Shown here: in pieces, positions 31,470 to 40,033 of the stretch | Numbering within the stretch: position 1 is the first letter of the stretch | Layout of the letters: each line of letters starts with the position of its first letter | Assembly (NCBI GenBank): GCA_963822585.1 | Contig: CAWGIE010000036.1 | Coordinates: forward strand, 32,001-96,000 | Length of the DNA stretch: 64,000 bases | DNA from: an uncultured bacterium | Lineage (GTDB): Bacteria; Auribacterota; Erginobacteria; Erginobacterales; Erginobacteraceae | Reading direction: 5' to 3' | Made by a program: the position numbers and the translations under genes | Notes under the pieces: model-generated | Databases searched by the model: none | Told to the model about the DNA's origin: nothing | The model's input: the letters and a program-made list of their open reading frames with translations, nothing else

Positions 31470-31494
31470 AACGATTGAGGAGGGATCTTGTTCA
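31470..31494 (-). promoter_or_regulatory. Candidate ECF autoregulatory promoter
   Basis: Minus strand TGAAC-N16-CGTT about 40 bp upstream of the sigma start. Confidence 0.45.
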
Positions 31495-31502
31495 GGAAAT
31501 AA

Positions 31503-31540
31503 ATTAAACATTTTCTGCCGATCGGCAGAAAATGTTTAAT
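31503..31540. terminator. Perfect 38-bp palindrome; possible terminator after mtnA or operator
   Basis: ATTAAACATTTTCTGCCGATCGGCAGAAAATGTTTAAT equals its reverse complement. Confidence 0.45.
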
Positions 31541-31622
31541 CCGTTCTGCCGGCTGTCGATCCGTCCCCGGGGAGGGGAGCAGGCGATATCCGGCATGCGC
31601 AGCGATCACATCCGCTTACGAC

Positions 31623-32666
31623 CTACCCGGAAGATGAGAACTGTTTAAAATTCTCCTCGAAAGGGGGATAGATCAGGCCGCGCTCGGTGATGACGGCGGC
31701 GATCAGTTCGTGCGGCGTGACGTCGAAGGCGGGGCAATAGGCTTTGGCCCCGGCGGGTGCCACGCAGGCCCCGCCGAAAAAGGTAAGTTCGTCTTTGCCC
31801 CGTTCCTCGATCGGGATCTGCGCGCCGTCGGAAAGAGAGAGGTCAAGCGTGGATGACGGCCAGGCCATGTAGAAGGGTATGCCGTGGGCGCGGGCCAGGA
31901 GGGCCACCCCGTAGGTCCCGATCTTATTAGCGGCATCCCCGTTGGCGGCAACCCGGTCCGCACCGGTAATGACCAGGTCGATCTTCCCTTCCTTCATTAC
32001 CTGGGCGGCCATGTTGTCGCTGATCAGGGTCACGTCGATTCCGACGTGCATCAACTCCCAGACGGTCAGACGGGCTCCCTGCAGGAGGGGCCGGGTCTCG
32101 TCGGCGAAAACACCGATCCTCTTCCCCTGTTCATGGGCGACATAGAGCGGGGCCAGGGCGGTCCCGAACCCGGACGTAGCCAGTCCGCCGGCGTTGCAGT
32201 GGGTGAGGATCCCGTCGCCGTCCTTGATCAGCGTGTTCCCCGCTTCCCCGATCGCCCGGCACATCGCCCGGTCCTCCTCTAAAACAGCGATCGCTTCCCG
32301 GCAGAGTATCTCTTTCAATTCCTTCACCGGACGGCCCCTGTTTTCACGCCCGATATTCTTCATCCGATCCAGGGCCCAGAAGAGATTAACCGCCGTCGGG
32401 CGCGAGGTGGCCAGGTAATCGGCGACACCGTTCAGTTCCTCAAGGAACGCCTCCGCGGTCGGCGCCGGGCTGCGGAGCATCTCGGCGGCGACCGCCATGG
32501 CGGCGGCGATACCGATCGCGGGGGCGCCCCGGACCCGGAGCTTTTTTATCGCTTCCCACATTTCTTCCTTGGTCTCGATTTCTTTCACTTCATACTTTCC
32601 CGGCAGGAGGGTCTGGTCGATGATCCGGACCACCCCGTCTTTCATCTCCACGGTGTTAATTTCCAT
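31623..32666 (-). CDS. mtnA: Methylthioribose-1-phosphate isomerase
   Basis: VRGAPAIG, RPTAVNL, THCNAG, ETRPLLQGARLT, ANKIGT, FDVTP. Confidence 0.96.
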   Translation of the reverse strand: MEINTVEMKDGVVRIIDQTLLPGKYEVKEIETKEEMWEAIKKLRVRGAPAIGIAAAMAVAAEMLRSPAPTAEAFLEELNGVADYLATSRPTAVNLFWALDRMKNIGRENRGRPVKELKEILCREAIAVLEEDRAMCRAIGEAGNTLIKDGDGILTHCNAGGLATSGFGTALAPLYVAHEQGKRIGVFADETRPLLQGARLTVWELMHVGIDVTLISDNMAAQVMKEGKIDLVITGADRVAANGDAANKIGTYGVALLARAHGIPFYMAWPSSTLDLSLSDGAQIPIEERGKDELTFFGGACVAPAGAKAYCPAFDVTPHELIAAVITERGLIYPPFEENFKQFSSSG

Positions 32667-32720
32667 AGACTCACTCTCCTTTTTAATCCTCTGCGCAGCC
32701 GGTGTATGTATATCCGGCTG

Positions 32721-32905
32721 AATGGAGTATTGGAGTGTTGGAGTAGTGGAGTAATTGAGTTTTGAAGCCCGTTAACCCGGATATCCATCACTCCATCACT
32801 CCATTACTCCATTATTTCCTCATCACCATTCCGACTTGCCTTATTATTCTTCACTCCTCTGATACCGTCCTCCCCTGCATCACTCCATCATTCCATCACT
32901 CCATT
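32721..32905. repeat. Inverted-arm 8-mer element (TGGAGTAA / ACTCCATC)
   Basis: TGGAGTATTGGAGTGTTGGAGTAGTGGAGT ... ACTCCATCACTCCATTACTCC, second right-arm block 32880-32905. Confidence 0.85.
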
Positions 32906-32955
32906 TTGATCATGAACTGATTATATCCGATAATAAAAAAGCCGTTAACCCGGCA

Positions 32956-34029
32956 TCATCTTCCGCTTAACTCAAACACCAGCACGGTAAATGCCAGAAA
33001 CAAGCCGTTATGAATGACATGGATGAAGACCGGGACCAGGATGGATCCGGTTTTCTGGTAACTGTAGGCCAGTAACATCCCGAGTCCGAAGATCGGCAGC
33101 CAGGCGGCCCAGTTCCAATGCAGTGTCGAAAAAAGAGCCGCGCTCAGGACGGCGGACCAGAAAACGCTCATCCGTTTCTGCAGGGCCGGGAAGAGAAGCC
33201 CGCGGAAAAAAAGCTCCTCCGCCAGCGGCCCCAGGAAAAGCCCGATCGCGAAGAGCGGCCAGATAAATTTCTCCCCGGCCTCCAGTAAAGGCTGCACCAG
33301 CGGATGCGGCTGGAAGGGGAGATCGAAAATCCATGTTATCCCCAGCGAAATAAGAATGAGAAGAATCAGGGCCGGGAAGAAAAGTATATAGCCGCGAACG
33401 GCCTGACGGGCCGACCACCGCCAATTCTGAAGGGTCGGGGCCGACCAGGGAAATGCCCGCGGCAGGGAGGTGCCCCCGGACACCGGCCCGGATAGCGGCG
33501 CGGGCGGACGGGAACGCCTCAGAAAATACAGTACCAGGAAGATCATGAGAGAGAATTGAAAAAAAGCGTCCCCCAAGAGAAGCAGATCATACTCCCGCGT
33601 CCGGTGGAAGCTCACAAAGCTGAAAAAGAGCGATTCCACCCTTTGAAAAGCGAGAAGAATGCAGATGAAATAGACGGCTACTTTGACGGCCAGCCAGATC
33701 CCCCACCCCGCTTCGGGTGGGGGGCCGGGCGAGAAGGCCCTCCATTCACCCTCCAGAATTCCCTGAACATTCATGACCAGGCCGGAGACGACCAGGGTGA
33801 GAAAGACGATGCTCAACATCCGGAAAAGAATCGAGGAGACGGGAGCCGCCGCGTCGGGGCTGAGCATCCTGCCGAACTCCTGCGGATCCGGGAAGGAATT
33901 CCGCGGCGGGGCGCTTTCTTCCGGAGCGGAGACCGCCGTCATCAGCAGGATGATCGAGAGAAGAACAGCTAAAACAAGTGAGCTTTCCTCTCTGGCTTTC
34001 CTGACAACAAAGTGCAGACTCACACTCAT
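32956..34029 (-). CDS. CPBP (CAAX/Abi) family intramembrane protease
   Basis: PLAEELFFRG, FSTLH, HVIHN; multiple TMs. Confidence 0.9.
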   Translation of the reverse strand: MSVSLHFVVRKAREESSLVLAVLLSIILLMTAVSAPEESAPPRNSFPDPQEFGRMLSPDAAAPVSSILFRMLSIVFLTLVVSGLVMNVQGILEGEWRAFSPGPPPEAGWGIWLAVKVAVYFICILLAFQRVESLFFSFVSFHRTREYDLLLLGDAFFQFSLMIFLVLYFLRRSRPPAPLSGPVSGGTSLPRAFPWSAPTLQNWRWSARQAVRGYILFFPALILLILISLGITWIFDLPFQPHPLVQPLLEAGEKFIWPLFAIGLFLGPLAEELFFRGLLFPALQKRMSVFWSAVLSAALFSTLHWNWAAWLPIFGLGMLLAYSYQKTGSILVPVFIHVIHNGLFLAFTVLVFELSGR

Positions 34030-34056
34030 TCTCTCCCACTCTTACCGGTCCGGCTT

Positions 34057-35079
34057 TTACCGTTCTCCGGGAGGGACCCGGGGAAAACGGTCTGAGAAGT
34101 GCATTGTAATCTCTTCCCCTTCGTCGGTCACGACGACTCCATCGACGCCCTCAACGTGCCCGAGCAGTGCCGGCCCATCTTCCGCCCCCATGACGAAGAG
34201 CGCGGTAGCCAGAGCGTCGGCGGTCATGCAATCGGGGGCCAGGACGCTGCTCTCCACTACCCCGGAAGAGGCGGTGCGGCCGGTGCGGGGGTCGATGATA
34301 TGAGAGTAACGCTTCCGGCTGCGGATGAAATAATTCCGGTAATCCCCGGAAGTGGCGACCGCCCTGTCCTCCAGCTCCAGAACGGTCAACACCTCACCCT
34401 CCTTCCGCGGATGCTCCATCCCGATCCGCCAGGGCTGCCCGTCAGGTTTTCTTCCCAGGCAGTAGATGTCTCCTCCGGCATTAATAAGCCCGCTCTTCAC
34501 CCCTTCCGAGATCAGGAGCGCGGACAATCGGTCCACGACATACCCCTTGGCCAGACCGCCCAGGTCCAGCTCCAGACCCGGAACCAGAAAACGGACCGTG
34601 CGGGCCGTGCGATCGAGTTCGATCTTCTGCCAGCCGCATCGGGAGAGAGCGGCTTCCACCTCCCGATCCGACGGCAGGCGCCCCGTCTTCTCCGGGAAAA
34701 AACCCCAGATTTCCATCAAGGGACCGACGGTGACGTCGAAGGCCCCCCCCGTTAACCGGCTGATCTCGATGGCTTTGGCGAGAACGGCCATCATCTCCTC
34801 GCTGACGACGACCGGTTGCCGGTCCGCGGAGCGATTGATCCGGTTGACTTCACTGCCCGGGATGTATCTGCTGAAGACACCCTCCAGGCGCCCTGCCTCC
34901 GTCCAGCATTTTTCCATCAGGGAAGGCGCCGTGCCGGAATCGGGGACCGTCAGCTCAATGGTGAGCACGGTCCCCATGATCACCCTGGATTCTTTGTAAA
35001 GCCGTCCTCGGCCGCAGCCGGCGGCGGACAAAAGACAGATCAGGCAGGCGATAATGAAATATATTTTTTGGCCCCGCAT
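34057..35079 (-). CDS. apbE: FAD:protein FMN transferase (lipoprotein)
   Basis: Lipobox AAGC; MGT, GAFDVTVG, DLGGLAKG, ATSGDY, HIIDPRTG, ADALAT. Confidence 0.95.
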   Translation of the reverse strand: MRGQKIYFIIACLICLLSAAGCGRGRLYKESRVIMGTVLTIELTVPDSGTAPSLMEKCWTEAGRLEGVFSRYIPGSEVNRINRSADRQPVVVSEEMMAVLAKAIEISRLTGGAFDVTVGPLMEIWGFFPEKTGRLPSDREVEAALSRCGWQKIELDRTARTVRFLVPGLELDLGGLAKGYVVDRLSALLISEGVKSGLINAGGDIYCLGRKPDGQPWRIGMEHPRKEGEVLTVLELEDRAVATSGDYRNYFIRSRKRYSHIIDPRTGRTASSGVVESSVLAPDCMTADALATALFVMGAEDGPALLGHVEGVDGVVVTDEGEEITMHFSDRFPRVPPGER

Positions 35080-35167
35080 CGGAAAAGCAAAATGGCGGGC
35101 CTGGATGCCCGCCGCGGCGATCTGATAACTTCAATGATGCCCGATTCAATTTTTCCGAAGGAAAAAT

Positions 35168-35470
35168 TTAAATCCAGGAGAACCAGCCCAGATCCAAGAT
35201 CTCGGAGACCGTTGCCAATCCCAGAACAATCACATAGGCGATGAGCAGGCTGAGCCCGATGGTCTCCTTGTATCTTCGGAAGAAGGGAAAATCGGAACGG
35301 AAGAGGCAATAGGCGAACCCGGCTACCCAAAAAACCAGCATAACAACCAGGATTGCCTTCTGGGGCGGGCTGAGAGGCGGGAAGACCTGAGATATCCCCC
35401 AGAGGGCGGCGGTTATGCAAACGATGAAAATCAGGAATACCTCCCCATGAGTTCGTAAGTAGTTCATCAT
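35168..35470 (-). CDS. Small hypothetical membrane protein (3 TM)
   Basis: Three hydrophobic segments; ATGA overlap with the upstream gene. Confidence 0.75.
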   Translation of the reverse strand: MMNYLRTHGEVFLIFIVCITAALWGISQVFPPLSPPQKAILVVMLVFWVAGFAYCLFRSDFPFFRRYKETIGLSLLIAYVIVLGLATVSEILDLGWFSWI

Positions 35471-36510
35471 CTCCTCCTCGATGCTGGATTTAACGTGACG
35501 GTAATTTCGGTCGTATCTTTCACGCGGGCCTGGAGATTTTTGCCCGGGACTACCCGCTCGATCGCCAGCAGCACGACAAGACTCTGCTCCAGCCGGCTGC
35601 GGCTGCTGATCACAACACCATCTTTGATATCAAATTCAACGGTCCCGGTCAACAGATGAGACGACCATTTCACCCCCGACTTCCCGCCCTCCTCCGAAAC
35701 ACTCCCCTGCTCGTACCGCCCGACGAAATCGATCAGGGCGATCCTTTCTCCTTTCCCTTTGAAACCGCGAAAGGCCGAATCAAGTCTGATCGTCCAGGTT
35801 TCCCCCCGGTCCCAGGTAGTGCCCGCGCCGGGATTGGGGATCTTCACCTCCCGCGACCAGCCGGCACCGACCGGGATAGCCGTTTCCGGGAACTCGGGCT
35901 GGATCCTTTCCATGACGCCGTCAAACTTGAGGTAGGGGAAGGAACGGCTCGGATCGGGCGGCAGCTGGGCCGAGATGATTCTGCCCCGGGGATCGATTTC
36001 AAAGGTAAAAATTTTTCCCTCGATCGCGGACAGGGGGAACCCTTCATTATCAGCGGTGATCTCCCTGCTCAGGACATCTCCTTCTTCCGTTCTCATGGTC
36101 CGGTCGGTCAGAATCGTGGTCATTTCCCGGTCCCGGACACGGTTGATCATGGTAAAATTGAAATCTTTGTAGGAGACGGCGATGGCCGCGGCGCCTTCCG
36201 GAGAGAGAGACTGCACCGCGGCTTCAAGAAGGTAACTGCCTTCAATCTGAACCGGAAGAACCAGTTTATCCTGGTCCGGTTTCGAACCGACCGCCTGCAT
36301 CGTGACTGTCCCCTCCCCCCGGAGAGAGATATCGTACTGGAGAAGCTCGCCGGGCTGGAACTGATAGCGCAGCAGGTACTGGGGAGGAGACGGTTTCTTG
36401 CAGCCGGTGACCTCGATGAGCACCAGCAGAGCGACAGCCGGAGCAAGAGCTTTTATCAGCGCGGGGAAGATTTTTATCCGCCACCGGAAAATTATTCCCG
36501 CACCCTTCAT
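35467..36510 (-). CDS. Hypothetical beta-rich lipoprotein
   Basis: Lipobox-like VTGC; LRYQFQPGELLQY start; packed in the operon. Confidence 0.75.
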   Translation of the reverse strand: MKGAGIIFRWRIKIFPALIKALAPAVALLVLIEVTGCKKPSPPQYLLRYQFQPGELLQYDISLRGEGTVTMQAVGSKPDQDKLVLPVQIEGSYLLEAAVQSLSPEGAAAIAVSYKDFNFTMINRVRDREMTTILTDRTMRTEEGDVLSREITADNEGFPLSAIEGKIFTFEIDPRGRIISAQLPPDPSRSFPYLKFDGVMERIQPEFPETAIPVGAGWSREVKIPNPGAGTTWDRGETWTIRLDSAFRGFKGKGERIALIDFVGRYEQGSVSEEGGKSGVKWSSHLLTGTVEFDIKDGVVISSRSRLEQSLVVLLAIERVVPGKNLQARVKDTTEITVTLNPASRRR

Positions 36511-36513
36511 GAA

Positions 36514-37302
36514 TCACTTCTTCTCCGCCGGTTGAGACTCCCGCGCCGTCGACGGCAGCCGTTGTCCTTCCTCCAGCAGTTGGCTGACAATCGGAGCCAT
36601 GTCTTCCCGGGCGGCCAATTGTCTGAGGGCGGAAATGATGATTTCCTTGTAAAACCAATCCACCTGGGCATTGTTAACCAGGCCGACCAAAACTTCGGCC
36701 GATTCTTTAACCGGAGTGTGGGCCAGATCCCAGATGGCGGCCTGACGGATCTGGTCCGATTTTTCCGGGTCATTGAAGATTTTCACCAGGGGCTCGACAA
36801 CCCTTTTATCCTCGATATATCCCAGCATCTGCATGGCGAATAAACGATAATCTCCATCCCCCTGGGTGATCTGGCTCAGGATATAGCCCTGGTATCGGGC
36901 ATAATTGTAATCAAACCGACAGAGAGCTTCGGCCGCGCGCAGTTTGAGCCGGGGATCATCCGCCTTCTGCCAGATCTGCTCGATCGCCGAGGCTGCTTCC
37001 CGATACCGGATGATGGCCAGAATCTCGATCAGGGTTCCCTCTTCCTCGGGGGATGCCGAAGCAAGAGACTGCAGGAGAAGCGGGCCGGCAGCCTCGCCCA
37101 TCCCGACCAGCACAGCTTTGGCCCGCATCTGTTTCGCCTGGTCGGTTCCCTTCAGGTCCCCGATCAAAGCTCCGACATCAGGCGATTTCTTTTCAGGGGC
37201 GGCCTCTTCGGCTGCCCGAACGGAGCCGACCGAAATGGCGATCAGAAACGCGGTCGCCGCGCCAACTGAGATAATCTTTATCATTTTTTTTACCCCGGTC
37301 AT
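36514..37302 (-). CDS. Secreted HEAT-repeat protein
   Basis: Signal peptide; repeated helical motifs (LRAAEAL, KRVVEPLVKI, IRQAAIWDL). Confidence 0.8.
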   Translation of the reverse strand: MTGVKKMIKIISVGAATAFLIAISVGSVRAAEEAAPEKKSPDVGALIGDLKGTDQAKQMRAKAVLVGMGEAAGPLLLQSLASASPEEEGTLIEILAIIRYREAASAIEQIWQKADDPRLKLRAAEALCRFDYNYARYQGYILSQITQGDGDYRLFAMQMLGYIEDKRVVEPLVKIFNDPEKSDQIRQAAIWDLAHTPVKESAEVLVGLVNNAQVDWFYKEIIISALRQLAAREDMAPIVSQLLEEGQRLPSTARESQPAEKK

Positions 37303-37352
37303 TTAATCCGTTTTTTATTTACGGCCATCATACTCCATTATCCCCGAATTAT

Positions 37353-38138
37353 TCATGATAATTTTTGCTGATCCCGGGAAAGATGCCATTTTTCCAGTTC
37401 CGGCAGAAATGAATAACTGGTCATATCATAGTGAAGAGGGGTGACGGCGATGTAATTCTCCGTCAGTGCCTCATGATCGGAACCGGGGTCATCCGGGGAC
37501 GAATCCATCTCCCCTCCCAGCCAGTAATACGTCCTGCCCCGGAGATCGATCCTTTCCTCCATGATTTCCTGAAACCGGGCCCCGCCCTGGTGGGTTACCC
37601 TGACCCCGCGAATCTTTTCCTCCGGAACGGCGGGGACGTTGACATTGAGCAGGATTTTCGGGGGCAGACCCCGGGCCAGGACCATCTTCGCCAGGGACCG
37701 GGAAAATCGGGCCGCCGTCTGATAATCGGGTTTGGTAAAGGTGCCCAGGGAGACCGCGATAGCCGGAATTCCCATGATCGAAGCCTCGGTAGCGGCGGAG
37801 ACGGTCCCGGAGTAGATAACGTTGGTCCCCGTGTTGGGCCCCAGATTGATCCCGGAGATGACGAGATCCGGCATCCGCTCCAGCAGCACCTTGACCGCGA
37901 CCTTGACCGCATCCGCCGGTGTGCCGGTAACCCCGTAGCCGTATAAGGTTCCGTCCTTGAAAACCTTCATTGCCCGCAGGGGTTCGGTCAGCGTGATGGC
38001 ATGACCGGACGCGCTCCGCTCGGAGTCGGGGGCGATGATTCTCACTTCCCCCAGGCTCTCGATTTCCCGGGAAAGAGCGTACAACCCGAGGGCGTTGATG
38101 CCGTCATCGTTGGTGAGAAGAATAAGCGGTCGTGTCAT
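37353..38138 (-). CDS. surE: 5'/3'-nucleotidase SurE
   Basis: ILLTNDDG, GTPADAV, SGINLG, YSGTV. Confidence 0.96.
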   Translation of the reverse strand: MTRPLILLTNDDGINALGLYALSREIESLGEVRIIAPDSERSASGHAITLTEPLRAMKVFKDGTLYGYGVTGTPADAVKVAVKVLLERMPDLVISGINLGPNTGTNVIYSGTVSAATEASIMGIPAIAVSLGTFTKPDYQTAARFSRSLAKMVLARGLPPKILLNVNVPAVPEEKIRGVRVTHQGGARFQEIMEERIDLRGRTYYWLGGEMDSSPDDPGSDHEALTENYIAVTPLHYDMTSYSFLPELEKWHLSRDQQKLS

Positions 38139-38382
38139 GTATGATTATTCCTTTGCCGGAGAAAGTATTATGCGGAAGTTTCCGATACTCACTATACCGA
38201 CATCAATGACGAAATCCGAATGACGAAACCTGAAAGAACGCCGCCCAGGGCCTATTATCTGTCCCTTCGACAAGTTCAGGGCGCGCTGCCCATTCCTGGC
38301 TGTTTGTTCGATCTCCCGCCAGAGGCGGGATAAATTCTACGCTTGCCCCGCTTTGCGGGGTTGAAAATTCGACGGTGAACGT

Positions 38383-39126
38383 TCATTTTTTTCCTTTCAC
38401 CCCGCCGGGCTTCAATCGTTGCCAGATCGCCCAGATCAACCATTTGATGTACTCCGGCGCCACCTTCAAAACTTTGAAATGGGATTTTCCTTTGGCCCGG
38501 TCTTTCCAGACGGTCGGAACTTCGGCGATCCTGAAGCCGCCGATGTAGGCCTTGACGGTCAGTTCCAGCCCGGTGGTAAAATTATCGGATTTCAATATCC
38601 CCACTTTCGGGAGGATGTCCGCTCGGTACATCTTGTAAGCGTTGGTGGCATCGTTCGTCGGCAGCCCGATCAGGATTTTCAAGGTTTTTCCGAGCAGGCG
38701 CGAGAGGAAGTGCTTGATACGGTCCTGGTGTTCCCCGGAGCCTCCCGGTATGTAACGGGAGGCCGAGACAAGATCATATCCCTCCTTTAATTTTTCCAGC
38801 ATGACCGGGATGGTGTTCACGTCATCAGCCAGATCGGCCATGACCGCCACGATCACCCCCCCGGACACTTCTTCATACGCCCGGTTGAGGCATCTGCCCA
38901 GGCCGTGATTTCCCCGGCGGTTCACCAGGACGATGTTTTCAGCCCTCTCCTGCAGTTTCTGCACTATCTCGCGCGTCCGATCGGTCGAGTTGTCATTGAC
39001 CACGATCAGCTTGTGGGGGATCTTGACCCGGTCCTGGATCTCCCGGATAGTCCGGATGGTCTCGGAGATGTTCTGTTCCTCATTATAGGCCGGAACGATG
39101 ATGTTCAGGAAATAGGGATCGACCAT
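38383..39126 (-). CDS. Family 2 glycosyltransferase (DPM1-like)
   Basis: IVPAYNEE, VNDNSTD, SRY, EVP. Confidence 0.9.
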   Translation of the reverse strand: MVDPYFLNIIVPAYNEEQNISETIRTIREIQDRVKIPHKLIVVNDNSTDRTREIVQKLQERAENIVLVNRRGNHGLGRCLNRAYEEVSGGVIVAVMADLADDVNTIPVMLEKLKEGYDLVSASRYIPGGSGEHQDRIKHFLSRLLGKTLKILIGLPTNDATNAYKMYRADILPKVGILKSDNFTTGLELTVKAYIGGFRIAEVPTVWKDRAKGKSHFKVLKVAPEYIKWLIWAIWQRLKPGGVKGKK

Positions 39127-39129
39127 GGT

Positions 39130-39364
39130 ATAAATTAGCTCACTGCGTTCGCAAATTTATGTAGGATCGTCCTTCACTCCGTGAAGGACTTGCAATAGAT
39201 GTAGTAAATGTAGTATCGCCTTGCCGGAGGCAAGGCTTGCTGAACCGCAAGCGGAGCGATACTACAATTACTACAAAGAATGCCGAAGGCATTCTGATCC
39301 TACAAGTCCTTCGCGAAAGCGAAAGGACGATACTACACCAATGCCTTTATTGAAATTCAAAACA
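39130..39364. repeat. About 210-bp multi-hairpin repeat, copy 2, inside cassette-like ends
   Basis: Colinear with 25470-25678; begins AAATTAGC, followed by TTTATTGAAATTCAAAACA at 39346. Confidence 0.85.
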
Positions 39365-39389
39365 ATAAAATAGATCTTGTCGGGCATCT

Positions 39390-39836
39390 TTATTCGGCAT
39401 TTCTTTCCAAAATGATCGTCACCGGGCCGTCGTTCTCCAGCCGGACCAGCATTTCGGCTCCGAAGACGCCCTTCTCCGGGGGGAACCCCAGTTCGGCCAG
39501 GCGGCGGCAGAAAAAATCATAGAGTTGTTCTCCTTGTTCGGGAGATGCGGCGTCTATAAAACTGGGGCGGCGCCCCTTCCGGCAATCCGCGTAAAGGGTG
39601 AACTGCGAGACCACCAGGATCTCGCCTTCGATCTCCCCCAGCGAGCGATTCATTTTCCCGTCCTTGTCCTCGAAGACCCGGAGTTTAACAATCTTGTCGG
39701 CCAAAGTCACCGCCTCGGTTTCGGAATCGCCATGGGTCACCCCCAGCAAGATCAGAAAGCCGGCGCCGATCCGGGAGACGATCTCCCCCCCCACCTCTAC
39801 CGAAGCCGATCTCACTCTTTGCACGACCGCTTTCAC
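39390..39836 (-). CDS. dtd: D-aminoacyl-tRNA deacylase
   Basis: AVVQRV, SQFTL, KGRRPSF, NDGPVT. Confidence 0.96.
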   Translation of the reverse strand: MKAVVQRVRSASVEVGGEIVSRIGAGFLILLGVTHGDSETEAVTLADKIVKLRVFEDKDGKMNRSLGEIEGEILVVSQFTLYADCRKGRRPSFIDAASPEQGEQLYDFFCRRLAELGFPPEKGVFGAEMLVRLENDGPVTIILERNAE

Positions 39837-40033
39837 GTACTGGACCGCTCCTCCGGCATCATGTGTCGGTCAACAACGTAACATCCCGGTTATTGCGGGA
39901 GAGTGTTCAGAGCATAGCGCATTCCATACTCCATCACTCCATTATTCCATTACTCCACGTTTTTCAATCCATGGGCAAGAAAACTAATCCTTCTTTTGCT
40001 TTTACCGGGGTACAATAAGGGTATTATAGTCCC

